The position numbers and the translations under genes were made by a program. A stretch of DNA of 63,860 bases, the filler included, from Octopus bimaculoides (lineage: Eukaryota), in NCBI RefSeq assembly GCF_001194135.2. It is 9 parts of 7 records of this genome, joined end to end, with 100 filler letters (N's around TTAATTAATTAA, not from the genome) between each part and the next. Parts side by side here need not be neighbours in the genome. Positions count along the whole stretch, not along the records: positions 24,740 to 32,619 come from NC_068998.1; positions 32,720 to 39,743 come from NC_068991.1; 7 more parts are not named here. One strand, 5' to 3'. Positions 26,053 through 38,272 of this stretch are shown in pieces (position 1 is the first letter of the stretch; every line of letters begins with the position of its first letter). The notes under the pieces are model-generated. The model searched no databases and was not told where the DNA came from. It saw only the letters and a program-made list of their open reading frames with translations.

Positions 26053-26142
26053 GTAAGTTTGTTGCTGCTGTTCTTGAAGTTATGCTTGTTCTTTTCATCG
26101 TCTTTTTCGATTTTATTGCTGTTGTTGTTTAACTCCAGGTCT

Positions 26143-26525
26143 GGAGGCGCAATGGCCCAGTGGTTAGGGCAGCGGACTTGCGGTCATAGGATCGCGGTTT
26201 CGATTCCCAGACCGGGCGTTGTGAGTGTTTATTGAGCGAAAACACCTAAAGCTCCACGAGGCTCCGGCAGGGGTTGGTGGTGAACCCTGCTGTACTCTTC
26301 CACCACAACTTTCTCTCACTCTTACTTCCTGTTTCTGTTGTGTCTGTAATTCAAAGGGTCAGCCTTGTCACACTGTGTCACGCTGAATATCCCCGAGAAC
26401 TATGTTAAGGGTACACGTGTCTGTGGATTGCTCAGCCACTTGCACGTTAATTTCACGAGCAGGCTGTTCCGTTGATCGGATCAACTGGAACCCTCGACGT
26501 CGTAAGCGACGGAGTGCCAACAACA
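26143..26525 (+). mobile_element. Young full-length tRNA-derived SINE family C with a 12-bp target-site duplication
   Basis: A-box TGGCCCAGTGG, B-box GGTTTCGATTCC and a caacaaca tail. TTAACTCCAGGT occurs at both 26129-26140 and 26526-26537. Confidence 0.95.
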
Positions 26526-27219
26526 TTAACTCCAGGTGTGGCCTGATTGATTGGACATATGACGAAAGGTATTCCAGCAGCCACAATTTGAGGTCTTGTT
26601 TTAGACATGAGTACTTCAGATCATCTTATCCAATGTGTCGCTTTTTCTATTTTAGACGGTAAAGTAACATTTGACTTGGGTGACATTTGGCTGCTATTTT
26701 TCGGTCTAGCAACCACGTAGCAGGTCCTTTGTTCTTAAAAGAACTGAGTAATTTTCTCTAAACCTTGAGCAAGTATTTTTTATGCACTCACTTTTCGCTA
26801 CCATGAACGTTGCGACAAGCGATGAGACTATCTTGTTTCCTTCATTCAGAAAGACAATGCCAGAACAACACTGAAGTCTTTGTAGAAAAACAGTGACTAA
26901 CATGAACCGATTACCTAGTATTTCTGAACTGGAGAAATTTGTTTTTTATATGATTGTTGTTTGCGTCATAAGAATATAGAAACTTAGAGAAACGTGAAAT
27001 ATATCGTTTTTAACTCAATATTTACACACTATCATCTATAGAGTTATTTATTTCGCGTTCCACCATTAAAAACGATTCGAAATTTCTAAATTCTTATGAC
27101 GTGTATATGTGTGCGCGTATGTATTAATTAGATACACACTAAGCAGCGTTGATTGAAATATAGTTATGCACAGTCATCTAATTAACATCTAATTAATTTA
27201 TCCTAGTTTGACAACGCTT

Positions 27220-27480
27220 ATCGCACATCGGCGATTTGCTATTTGCTATTCTGATATAAGAGCTTCAGGTTCTAAGTGGTCATGAACGATTGGGTGGGGG
27301 TAGGAATACATAGTCGAGGAAGTGTGATGACACAGAAACGCATGCATCTTACTGTTCAGTGACGTCATTCGTGGCGCAGTAGTGTGTTTACACTATGAGA
27401 ATTTTTTTCTCTCGAGACAACTTGTGCAACGTATTGACTTTCCACGTCCGAATGTAAACGAACATGTTAAATACGACTGT
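27220..27480. promoter_or_regulatory. CpG-enriched unique patch with a perfect CRE palindrome
   Basis: TGACGTCA at 27360-27367 within a visibly CpG-retaining, apparently non-repeat stretch. No transcript evidence. Confidence 0.25.
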
Positions 27481-27488
27481 AAATATAT

Positions 27489-27523
<35 letters not shown>

Positions 27524-28564
27524 NNNNNNNNNNNNNNNNNNNNNNNNNNNNNNNNNNNNNNNNNNNNNNNNNNNNNNNNNNNNNNNNNNNNNNNNNNNNN
27601 NNNNNNNNNNNNNNNNNNNNNNNNNNNNNNNNNNNNNNNNNNNNNNNNNNNNNNNNNNNNNNNNNNNNNNNTATATATAGGAAACAAGACAGATATTGAT
27701 TGAGTTGACAAGAAGCGATAAGTTGACAACTTTAACAAAATAGAATTTGCTGACATAATCAACAGGTAAATACTTACCAACAACTGAAATCCCGGTGAGA
27801 AAACGATTAACAAATTATAAATTCTCGCAAAGGAAGATGGAAAAATGAGAAGTGATGTACAAATAAAAGAGAAAAAAATTAAAAACAGAATATGATTACG
27901 AAATAGTCGAGCAAAATCGGAGCAATCACCGAAATGGCCAATGAAAATCAATAACATAACAATAATGGAATAAGATACGTAATGATAAAAATAAGTTCGG
28001 ATACAGATAGTGAAAATCATCAATGAAAAGTGAAGAACAACGAACTGGCAAAGGAAACGACGGCAACTATATAAAATAGCTTAATAAAATAATATCTAAA
28101 TATTAATAAAATAATATCAGTTTCAATAAGCACCAAACTAGCCCGCAAACTAGCCCACAAAATGTTTACCTGATGATCGCAATGGCGTGAAACTCGAACC
28201 ACGAGAAAAGGTTCAGTTTAAATAAGCTATATACTTTATACCATGAATTAAGTACTCATTTCCTTTATCGTTGACAAACTGTTACGTTTCAATATATGTT
28301 TATCTCTCTCTCCCTCTCTCTCCTTCTCTCTCTCCCTCTCTCTCCTTCTCTCTCTCCCTCTCTCTCCTTCTCTANNNNNNNNNNNNNNNNNNNNNNNNNN
28401 NNNNNNNNNNNNNNNNNNNNNNNNNNNNNNNNNNNNNNNNNNNNNNNNNNNNNNNNNNNNNNNNNNNNNNNNNNNNNNTCTTTCCCTCTCTCTCTCTCCC
28501 TCTCTCCTTCTCTTTCCCTCTCTCTCTCTCCCTCTCTCTCTCCCTCTCTCTCTCCCTCTCTCTC

Positions 28565-28600
<36 letters not shown>

Positions 28601-28704
28601 TGTATGTATGTATGTATGTATGCATTATGTATATATGTTCACACAGACACACTCATAGTGACACATGTATGTATGCATAATGTTTATATCTATCTCTTCT
28701 ACAG

Positions 28705-28773
28705 ATCGATGAGCTGATACAGCTAATGAAGGCAGCTATTCGGTTAAACAGGACTTCACATTTAGCTTCCATA
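28705..28773 (+). CDS. Next exon of the DUF885-like protein
   Basis: Acceptor tctcttctacag and donor TCCATA|gtaagt, 69 nt, phase 0 to phase 0. Reads IDELIQLMKAAIRLNRTSHLASI. The join gives RMDSIPQRIDELIQLMKAAIR, matching the DUF885 helix R...IP..ID..I..L..G. Confidence 0.75.
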
Positions 28774-31700
28774 GTAAGTAACAAATTCTATTACCATGCG
28801 TTATGTCACATACCGTTTATACACTTTTCCAAGTGCTGGTTTCTCCATTGCATACCACCATCATGGCTATATATTTAAAATGTGTCTTCGAGTTTCTCCC
28901 AATATTGTATTTCTTTGGGTAAATGGCATCTTCAACTTTGCCGTTTTTCTACGGATATAGAGCTTGAGTAACGAACACAGTCATGAGTTTAGATAAACCT
29001 GAGTAAGACTATGAATATTATGCTTAAATTATCTTTAAGTAAAAATGTTTGCTCAGATTTGTTTCTGAATTATATTTAACAACTATGAAATCCCAGAACG
29101 GGATTGAAACTAGTCCGGCTGATCCCTCTTTTCTGCAACAAAAATGTTGTACATAAAAAAACAAAATGTTTACAGCTGACAATGCATACAATGTGAACCA
29201 AAAGCCTAACGATCATATATTATGTAGGTTGGTAAAGCGCTGTTACAAAACAAAATACCAGTAATGTATTAATCGAACTAATTGCCAAGAAGGCGTTATA
29301 TATTCACACTGGTTTAACTAGTTTAATTTAAGTCCTTATCAATAGTAATTAATAGTGCTAAGAATGTGTTATATAAGTGGTTTGTTTTACCTGTTATTGA
29401 TACTGAGTTTATAGCAGTGTCTTCGTGGGCAGTTAAAGACAGAATTACTCAGTCGGTGATGAAATCCTTACATAGATGTGAAACAAACCTGGCTGATTCT
29501 TAATTTTTTCGTTCACGAAGATATATATATAAGGAGAAAATGCTTGCATCTATTTATTACATCTTGTGTTGCTTAAATATTTACAGGTATATTCTACAGT
29601 ACAGTATAACGTTGTAATAAAACACTATTAACGCGCTTGGAGTCACATAAATCCTTCAGAAAAACGCAATCGTCACATATGAGATGTTTTAATCGTAGGT
29701 TGTTCAATTCGGGCTGATCTAAGGCTAAACAATGACAACTGACAAATAAATAGACAGACAGATAGAGAAAGACCGAGAAAACATGTCCGGATTGTAATAC
29801 CAAACAACCACCATATGTTGAAACAGTCTGTACATGGTGATTTGACCTGATATGAATATTAAGTAAATTCCTTAAAAATACGACGAAAAGACTGATAAAT
29901 TAGTGCTGCACTGGAACTACACAATAATATCAACATCAAAGAAACATAACATATACAGTACAGTTAACACAGAAGCATTTATACATAATTGTAACATTTA
30001 ACTTTAATGTAACGTTACTTAATAACTATACTTATAAAACTGCGTGATTTATATGTCAAGTACTTGATGTTTTCTTTACTATCTGGCATAAGTGAATATA
30101 TGTGAAAATAAAGATTTAAAACGACACTGCCGCTGGTATTAATCAATTGAATTTATATAATAAAATACTTTAAAGTAATTTTAAGATTATAATCCTGAGA
30201 TCAAAGACTAAAGGTTTTAGTTCAGCTTTGGTGTGATGAGAATCAAGATGAGTGTTGGGCTTCTAAGCACAAATTTACTTTAGAGCAAGTTTAGGCTAGC
30301 TTTATTAAATAGAAAGACAGTAAAACTCACTGTATAATACGCATCTCCTTCAGAATGCACGTCATAAAACCCACCAAATCAAGACCAGAAATACGGGTGC
30401 ATATAATGAATAGCATTAAATCGCAATGTTTTTCCCCACGTATACATTTAATAAGAAGGAGACACAATAATGTGATAAAGCTTTACTATTTCTAAAGTAT
30501 ATACCAATATGTTTTGAAATATATATTTTAAATATATTTCAATATATTTTAAAATATATATCAGTATATTTTATATAAAATGAAATATAGGTTCAAATTT
30601 TTGGCACAAGGCTTAGCAAGTTCGGGGTGGAGTAAGTCGATTACATCGACCCCAGTGTTCAACTAAAGAATGGTCGCAAATGGAACACCTTTGATCATAA
30701 GTTTGGTCGATCGGTATTACAAACATTCTTTTTTTTTATCAATTAATCTGTTGTGAAGTGAATAATCGTTAGCTTTGATGATAATTCTTGTCAACGTCTC
30801 ATAGGAGTCATTGAGATGTGGATCTGTCATATATTGTGCAGAATAAAATGGAAAGACATAATTGTATGCATGCAGCACAACACAGAGGAAACTGAAGAAT
30901 CTTGGCAAACCGATCCCTGGTTACCGAGAGGATACCTGGCTGACGGCTGATGATACAAATTTTAGTTTCGAGAGAAAAATACCTATCTTAAAATTAATCA
31001 TTATAGAGCCTTTCGAGAGAGAGGGAGAGAGGGGGGAGAGAGAGAAAGAGAGAGAGACTTTAATATTCCTTTCTTTACTTGAGAAATATCATTACTCTCA
31101 CGACAGTTTTCACAGATTGAATGCAAGTCTTCCTTTAAGTAATATCAAATACTTTCTCAACACCGTGTATAAAAACTGCAAGCTCAACTGAATCTCAGGA
31201 CGCCCACTCTTTATATTATTAGAAGCAATTTCTTCTACTCAGCTCATCTTGCTATTGTTTCGTGAGGAAAGCTAATGTCTTCACCATTTTTCCGGTATAC
31301 AGTTTCAGAAACCGCTAGAAAGCATTCTTTTGTAAATTCTCCAACAGAATATATGATAGAATATTTTGCAACTTTTTTTTACAATAATATAGTTTACGTG
31401 AGCAATTACTTACGTGTTTCTACTCGCTTTAGCAAAAAAAAAAAAAAAAGAATTCAGTTGATTGTTTTGTTTCTGAAGTATTTCTATTTCAAGTTTTTTA
31501 ATGTGTCTTTTAAATTTATACAACTCAGAATGTTTAGTCGTGTTAAAGTTAAATTCCTTAAATGCTGAGAGGGATTCGGAACATATTAAACGCAATGTCN
31601 NNNNNNNNNNNNNNNNNNNNNNNNNNNNNNNNNNNNNNNNNNNNNNNNNNNNNNNNNNNNNNNNNNNNNNNNNNNNNNNNNNNNNNNNNNNNNNNNNNNN

Positions 31701-32323
31701 NNNNNNNNNNNNNNNNNNNNNNNNNNNNNNNNNNNNNNNNNNNNNNNNNNNNNNNNNNNNNNNNNNNNNNNNNNNNNNNNNNNNNNNNNNNNNNNNNNNN
31801 NNNNNNNNNNNNNNNNNNNNNNNNNNNNNNNNNNNNTTTTACAATAATATAGTTTACGTGAGCAATTACTTACGTGTTTCTACTCGCTCTAGCAAAAAAA
31901 AAAAAAAAAGAATTCAGTTGATTGTTTTGTTTCTGAAGTATTTCTATTTCAAGTTTTTTAATGTGTCTTTTAAATTTATACAACTCAGAATGTTTAGTCG
32001 TGTTAAAGTTAAATTCCTTAAATGCTGAGAGGGATTCGGAACATATTAAACGCAATGTCTTCCCATTGGTTGATGATTTGAGGAATTGATCAACTTTATA
32101 AAACTTTTATCAACAGAAATCATAACCAAATGAGAGACAGAAGCAAAATTATTCTAATTAACACTCAGACCTAAAGATTGTATAACAAAATTTTAGTAAA
32201 ATGTTATATTTATGTAATCTTTACATTACATATGCCATATAAAACGTCGGTTGCAAAGAGATGCATTTTACCCGAGTGTCACTGGTTTCCCATTTCTGCC
32301 CTCTGCAGTCGCTCAACCTGCTA

Positions 32324-32619
32324 GTTGTTGGCACTCCGTCGCTTACGACGTCGAGGGTTCCAGTTGATCCGATCAACAGAACAGCCTGCTCGTGAAATTA
32401 ACGTGCAAGTGGCTGAGCACTCCACAGACACGTGTACCCTTAACGTAGTTCTCGGGGATATTCAGCGTGACACAGTGTGACAAGGCTGACCCTTTAAATT
32501 ACAGGCACAACAGAAACAGGAAGTAAGAGTGAGAGAAAGTTGCGGTGAAAGAGTACAGCAGGGTTCGCCACCATCCCCTGCCGGAGCCTCGTGGAGCTTT
32601 AGGTGTTTTTCGCTCAATA
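32324..32619 (-). mobile_element. SINE family C, second copy (head lost in a gap)
   Basis: Reverse complement of 26229-26524 with roughly a dozen differences over about 295 bp, counted by eye. Confidence 0.95.
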
Positions 32620-32801
32620 NNNNNNNNNNNNNNNNNNNNNNNNNNNNNNNNNNNNNNNNNNNNTTAATTAATTAANNNNNNNNNNNNNNNNNNNNNNNNN
32701 NNNNNNNNNNNNNNNNNNNGTTGGGGGTGTGGGCCTGTAGCCTGGGAAGGGGAAAAGCAGTGTCGTGTACCTGAAAAGAAAACTTGCAATTGGAAGACTT
32801 C

Positions 32802-32839
<38 letters not shown>

Positions 32840-32892
32840 ACTCATACATTTAAAAATTAAATAATGTTATATTTCATGTTTTCTCACTGTAG

Positions 32893-33089
32893 GTTGACTA
32901 AAACTAAAATGGAGTATTTGCGGCAATATGCTGAGGCTAGTGGACATGAGCAGTTTAATGCAGGCTATTGGGCCTACAGTAAGGTCCCCCCCAAACAAGC
33001 AATGATGATATTTAAGGAGCAACTTTTAGAAGAAATGGCACTCAAACTAACTTCCAGTGTGCTTGCTTTTGCAGGAGTTGAAGATTCAA
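32893..33089 (+). CDS. MyTH4-domain gene, exon a
   Basis: Acceptor ttctcactgtag and donor TCAA|gtaaga, 197 nt. Reads LTKTKMEYLRQYAEASGHEQFNAGYWAYSKVPPKQAMMIFKEQLLEEMALKLTSSVLAFAGVEDS. YSKVPPKQAMM corresponds to the YS..P.KQ.L start of MyTH4. In phase with exon b. Confidence 0.85.
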
Positions 33090-34769
33090 GTAAGACTAAT
33101 GGCTTTCTTCTCCCCAAAAAATGATGCTTAAATTATAGATTATTCACATTAAAGATCAAATTTGGTTTTTTACATTATATTTAAAAGGAAAAAAAATTAT
33201 CTTTTGTTTGGTCTTCAATGTGAAGCAGTTGCTGATTTTTTTTTTTTAATAATCTATAAGATAGTAGTAAAATATTATCTGGCTAGAAGTTAATTTCTGT
33301 GTTGAATATTTGTTTTAATCAAGTGATAACTGAGTCTCACAGGCTTCTTTAATCAAGTAAATAATGCTAGGAATCTAAAGTAAATATTCCAAGTGCTGCC
33401 TGTTCTTTTAGGGTAGATGAAAGTGCCCCAACATGCACTTGTTTTGAGTGATAATAAATTATAGTTATTTAGTAGAAAGTATGGCTGAACATTGTATAGT
33501 TGGTTTTTAATTCCAGCACACTATGTCTTGATTGTAAATCCTGCCAGAGTCAAAATTACCTCAATATAATAAAATTCTTGTCAAATACTGGGGTTAATTT
33601 CATCAAGTGATACCTGTGTCTCCAAAACTTCTTTAATCAAGAAACTAATGCTGGAAATCTCAAGCAAATACTCCATGTGCTGCTTGTTCTTTTAATGTTG
33701 ATGAAGGTGGATGCCTCAACACACACGATATCTCTGAAAACAACACTTACTCCAGATCTATATTGGCAGTGAAAGCCATTAGGAAAGAACTACGCTGCAA
33801 TGTGGTGCATTCTTCATTGTACCTGACACAAGATGATAAAAGGAGGGGTGGGGAGAAGGGATGGTGATGGTGGTGACAGTGAGGAGTTTTGTTTTTGTAG
33901 TACAAGAGATCGTTCATTTTAGCTCCGGCTGTAAAGAAACATCTTAAGAATTCTGTTGAAATGCTTCCATTTATTGAAATCATTCAAGCTAGAACCAATT
34001 ATAATAGCGACACAAATATAACAAGAATTACAAAGACATGTTAAAGATCTTTAATCTTTTATCACTTACTTGTTTCAGTCAGTAGACTGTGGCCATGCTG
34101 GGGCACCACATTAAAGAACTTTTAGTTGAATGAATCAACTCTAGTACTTATTTTTTTAAGCCTGGTACTCTGATTGTCAAACAATGGTGGGGACAATTAC
34201 AGACACAATCACACACACACTCACACACACACACACACACACACACATGCAACAGGCTTCTTTTATTTTCCATCTACCAAATCCACTCACAAGGTTTTGG
34301 TTGGTCTGAGGCTATAGTAGAAGACACTTGCCAACGTTGTCACACAGTAGGACTCAACCCAGAAACACGTGGTTGGGAAGCAAGCCTCTTACCACACAGC
34401 TGCAAGTTTTGATACTTTCATGGAATTCATTAAATTTGATTAAAATTTACTTAAAATATGTGAAACAACTGACATAGCATGTCATGCAATTCTCACACAG
34501 ATTAATTTGTTGAAGACATTCTATGGTGATGTAGAAATACTACTAAGACAATGTAGAATATATGATGATAAAATTCAAGTAACACTGTTTCAGTACCTGT
34601 CATATACCCCTGGGTGTATGATTGTCTTCAGATATATATTTAATAATTTCACTCAGCTTAACTAACTGTGACAATTATTACGAGAGTTATATCCTTGCTG
34701 TATTCAACATAGTCTGATGCATTACGTTTTCTCTACTTGAATGAAAGTGATGTTGTATTTCTATTTCAG

Positions 34770-34889
34770 TTTGCGATATAAATGAAATGATAGAACTAAT
34801 TCAAACATTCATACAGAGGTGTATGGAATGTGTGTTTTTGTGTGATGAATTATATCTTCAAGCAATTAAGCAGACAACAGACCATCCAG
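34770..34889 (+). CDS. MyTH4-domain gene, exon b
   Basis: Acceptor ctatttcag and donor CCAG|gtaagg, 120 nt. Reads CDINEMIELIQTFIQRCMECVFLCDELYLQAIKQTTDHP, containing the MyTH4 signature DELY.Q.IKQTT. Absent from the ORF track. Confidence 0.95.
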
Positions 34890-35699
34890 GTAAGGAAATA
34901 TTACATCTTCTCTCATCTACCAACATGTAAATCTCTCAGATATTTTAGGTTTTGCTGTGGATGTCGAATAAGACCAAAACTTGCTCAGAGTTGTCACCAT
35001 ACTTACTAAAGATCAGGTTAACACACTACATCTTGTCCACAATTAATTTTAAATCTAATTTAGATTATGAAGTTGTCTGCCCTACCTATTTTTTTTACTA
35101 GAATTAATCATTAACCTAATGATTTTGCCTTTTCACTATATGTGTAATTTTAATTCATTAAAATTCATTTTTGGCTTGCTACAATAAATGTGTTAGCAGC
35201 TACATAACTGTTTGTTGATCACGCAGGAAGTGTACTGGGTAATTTTTTCGAGTCATTTCTATATCTGCAGACTAGAGTGTTATTCATTGTAAGACAGGCA
35301 ATGTTAGAAATATACTTTCACCATTGTGAAATGTTCAGGATTGCATGACAGTATGTGAGAAAGAACTAAGGTAAACCTAGCAAAGCCATAAGAAAGAAGA
35401 AAAGATACTGCTATTTTCAGGAAAAAGGCCTTACTTGATATACAGAAAAGGAGTTGGTATAAACTCCATATGCTATACCCAATGTAAGTTATGGAATCAT
35501 AGGTTGACTAACTGAGAAAGTAAGCTTTGTATATTTTAGCTGTACTGGAGCAGGACATACTATGAGCACACGAGAAACAAGTTTTCTTAAATGTTCAGAT
35601 ATCACACTACAAGTAGTCAATAGCTTGTGTTATTTGTGTTAATTAGCAGGGGAAGTGATTGCTCTGAATGTATTGTAGCTACAGTAAGAACGAGTTGGG

Positions 35700-36000
35700 A
35701 AGAGTTCAGGGTGCTATTATCTCTAAAGGCAACATAGGCTTTTTCCCCTCACAGTGAAGAGGCAGATTGTATGATATTTATTTAGAACTGTGAAACTGCA
35801 TGGTAATGAGAAATGAGTCTTGAATGTAGAAGATTTGAGAAGACTAGAAAGAAAAGAAAAGAAGCGAGCATGCATCATTGAATGTGCAATGTAAGTGTGC
35901 TTAAATAACAAAGCACAAATATGTTGGGAGAAAAACTGAGCATAAGAGGAATTGCATGAAGTGTGCAAGAAAAAAGACTGCATGTGACAGTTACGGATGA
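35700..36000 (+). mobile_element. Decayed RTE LINE 3' ORF fragment
   Basis: LHGNE..VLNVEDLRRLERKE, MCNVSV, LGEKLSIRGI and VQEKRL. Confidence 0.75.
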
Positions 36001-38005
36001 GAGTGGCTGAATGAGAAAGTCTTGATTACTTAATGTGGATGGAGGTTGCAAAGGAGGGAGACCCAGGATAACTCATGATAAGCAGTTTTCCCATTTGGGT
36101 GAAACTAAGATTTTGGGAACACAGGTACAATTCATTTTTGCCAGCTGAGTGGATTGGGGCAATGTGAAATAAAGTGTCTTTCCCATGAACATAACCCTGC
36201 CTCCAGGAATCAAACTCCCGACCTTACAATCGTTATCTGAATACCTAACCTCTAAACCACCTGCCTTCAGCTGTAACCTTATATGACAACACTAACAACA
36301 GAGTATTCCAACATGAACTGTCATATAATGAGTAGCACACACGGTGGAATATTGTAAATTGAATAAGGTCAGAGTTATCTCCCTTTAGAAAACAGAGCGC
36401 GGCAGCCAGACTAATAATTATATTAAGATATGAATGCAGTCAAAAATTACGACTAATTCATCTTAATCGTTTTTCTTTAGGCTTTGGTTGTGTAATCTAC
36501 TTTTTGTTCCTCATAACGAGAACTTGGTCAAGTTGTGGAGAACAGATTGAATGAGATAATATATTTTGTCCTTTATTTTAAGAATTACTATATGCTTTTC
36601 TTGACATTTGAATTGTAATTATGCCTGAATGTCACATACACACTTTCAAATACACAAATCAGTCTTATATAGAATGTTACAGTTACTGTATGAGTGAGAA
36701 ATATTTTGTAGACGCACAATAGTGAGTTCAAATCTGTCTGTAATGTAAATCTTGACCCTTTGGCATTCAAATTATTCTGTCAAATGTAATACTTATCTAT
36801 TCACATTGTTTTGAATTGATCATGCATTATATTGTAGCTATGAGATCTCAATAATGTGTTTCTTTATTTTTAGAAGGACATTGTAGGATAGGTGAGAGAG
36901 GCCAGATCTAGTTGATTTGAACACAATACAAGTAGAATATTTTGACAAGTAGAATATTTTACAAGTAGATTATTCTGTCAAATGCAACACTTATTTATCT
37001 ATATTGTTTTGAATTTATTCAGCATTATCTTGTTGCTTTGAGATTTCGATTGTGTGATTGTATATTTTTTAGACTAACATTGCAGGGTAGATGTGAGAAG
37101 CTGGATCTGGTCAGTTTGAACATAGAACAGGAAGAATATTTTGGCTCGATATGGCCAATTTAACCCTTTAGTATTCACATTATTCTGCCAAATGTAATAC
37201 TTTTTCATTCAAATTTTTAATTAACCATGCATTATCTCATAGCTTCAAAAGTTTGATGATGTGATTGTATGTCTTATAATGGCATTGAAGGGTAGGTGCA
37301 ATAGGTTGAATCTGGCTGGTTAGAACAGAAAACAAGAAGCATATTTAGGCTGAATATGGCTGGTTTAAATGCTAAAGTGTTAAACATTAGAAGCTTAATG
37401 ATACACACTCAGGTCGAGTTTATTGACAACAGAAACTTCACAAGTCAATTCTCTGAGTTTCTAGTTGCCACTCCTCAGGCATTTATGAAGAACATAATAT
37501 GGAAATTGGTAAATAAAGAGCATGCAGTATAAATGTGTGAATATTATATTTAATGTTGATTGGTTGGAATTGATTAACAAAGAACTATTGGCTGACAGCA
37601 TAACTGTTGTTTGCAAAATATGAAGAGCAAGGTGATATAGGAGAAAGTATTTCATGGGTTCTTTTTATATTTGCATGTACATAATACAGCTCATTCCAAT
37701 CTATTCTGTTAATCTCTCTTGGAAAATTATATTCATGTTTTTTGCAAAAGAGTAACTGATTGAAAAGCAGCTCTGATGTCTGTAGACATCATTACTTTGT
37801 AATTCAGTGTCTTCTGGCTGATTAAATGAGAAGTGTGGGGGAAGTGGGGAGCTCAGCACCGGCCCATGAGGTTTCAGTTTCCAATAATTGACAGTACTTT
37901 AATTTCATTATTCAGTTCTCTTTTCTAGTACGTACTTGTTTTAATTACATATCTATATGTGTGTGTATATGGATATGTATGTATGTATATATATATATGT
38001 GTGTG

Positions 38006-38041
<36 letters not shown>

Positions 38042-38105
38042 GAGAGAGAGAGAGAGATACTCATTAATTTACATATATGTAATACAAAGCCCTATTTTTC
38101 TACAG

Positions 38106-38272
38106 AACCTAATAGCAACGTAAATCGTCGCAACTGGCAAATCTTGTCGATATTGACGAGTACGCTGTGTCCTAACAACATCGTGATTCAGAAATATCTG
38201 CAGGTACATTTGCGTAAATGTTGCATGGATACATCCACGGATGAGGGCAAGTTTGCTCGATTTGCATACAAA
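38106..38272 (+). CDS. MyTH4-domain gene, exon c (myosin-X/PLEKHH-like)
   Basis: Acceptor tttttctacag and donor TACAAA|gtaagt, 167 nt. Reads (E)PNSNVNRRNWQILSILTSTLCPNNIVIQKYLQVHLRKCCMDTSTDEGKFARFAYK, the C-terminal half of MyTH4 (P.S..N...WQIL, KYL..HL, E.K.A.F). Confidence 0.95.

Noticed and set aside
26143-26215. tRNA-like sequence
   Set aside because: It is the head of a SINE, continuous with the SINE body and bounded by a target-site duplication, so it is not a tRNA gene.
31377-32059. 223-bp direct duplication (31377-31599 and 31837-32059)
   Set aside because: The copies flank a gap and differ by one substitution, which is typical of unmerged overlapping contig ends or two haplotypes.
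33330-33720. Two diverged direct repeats of about 120 bp
   Set aside because: There are only two decayed units, most simply fragments of an old interspersed repeat. There is no spacer-array structure, so this is not CRISPR-like.
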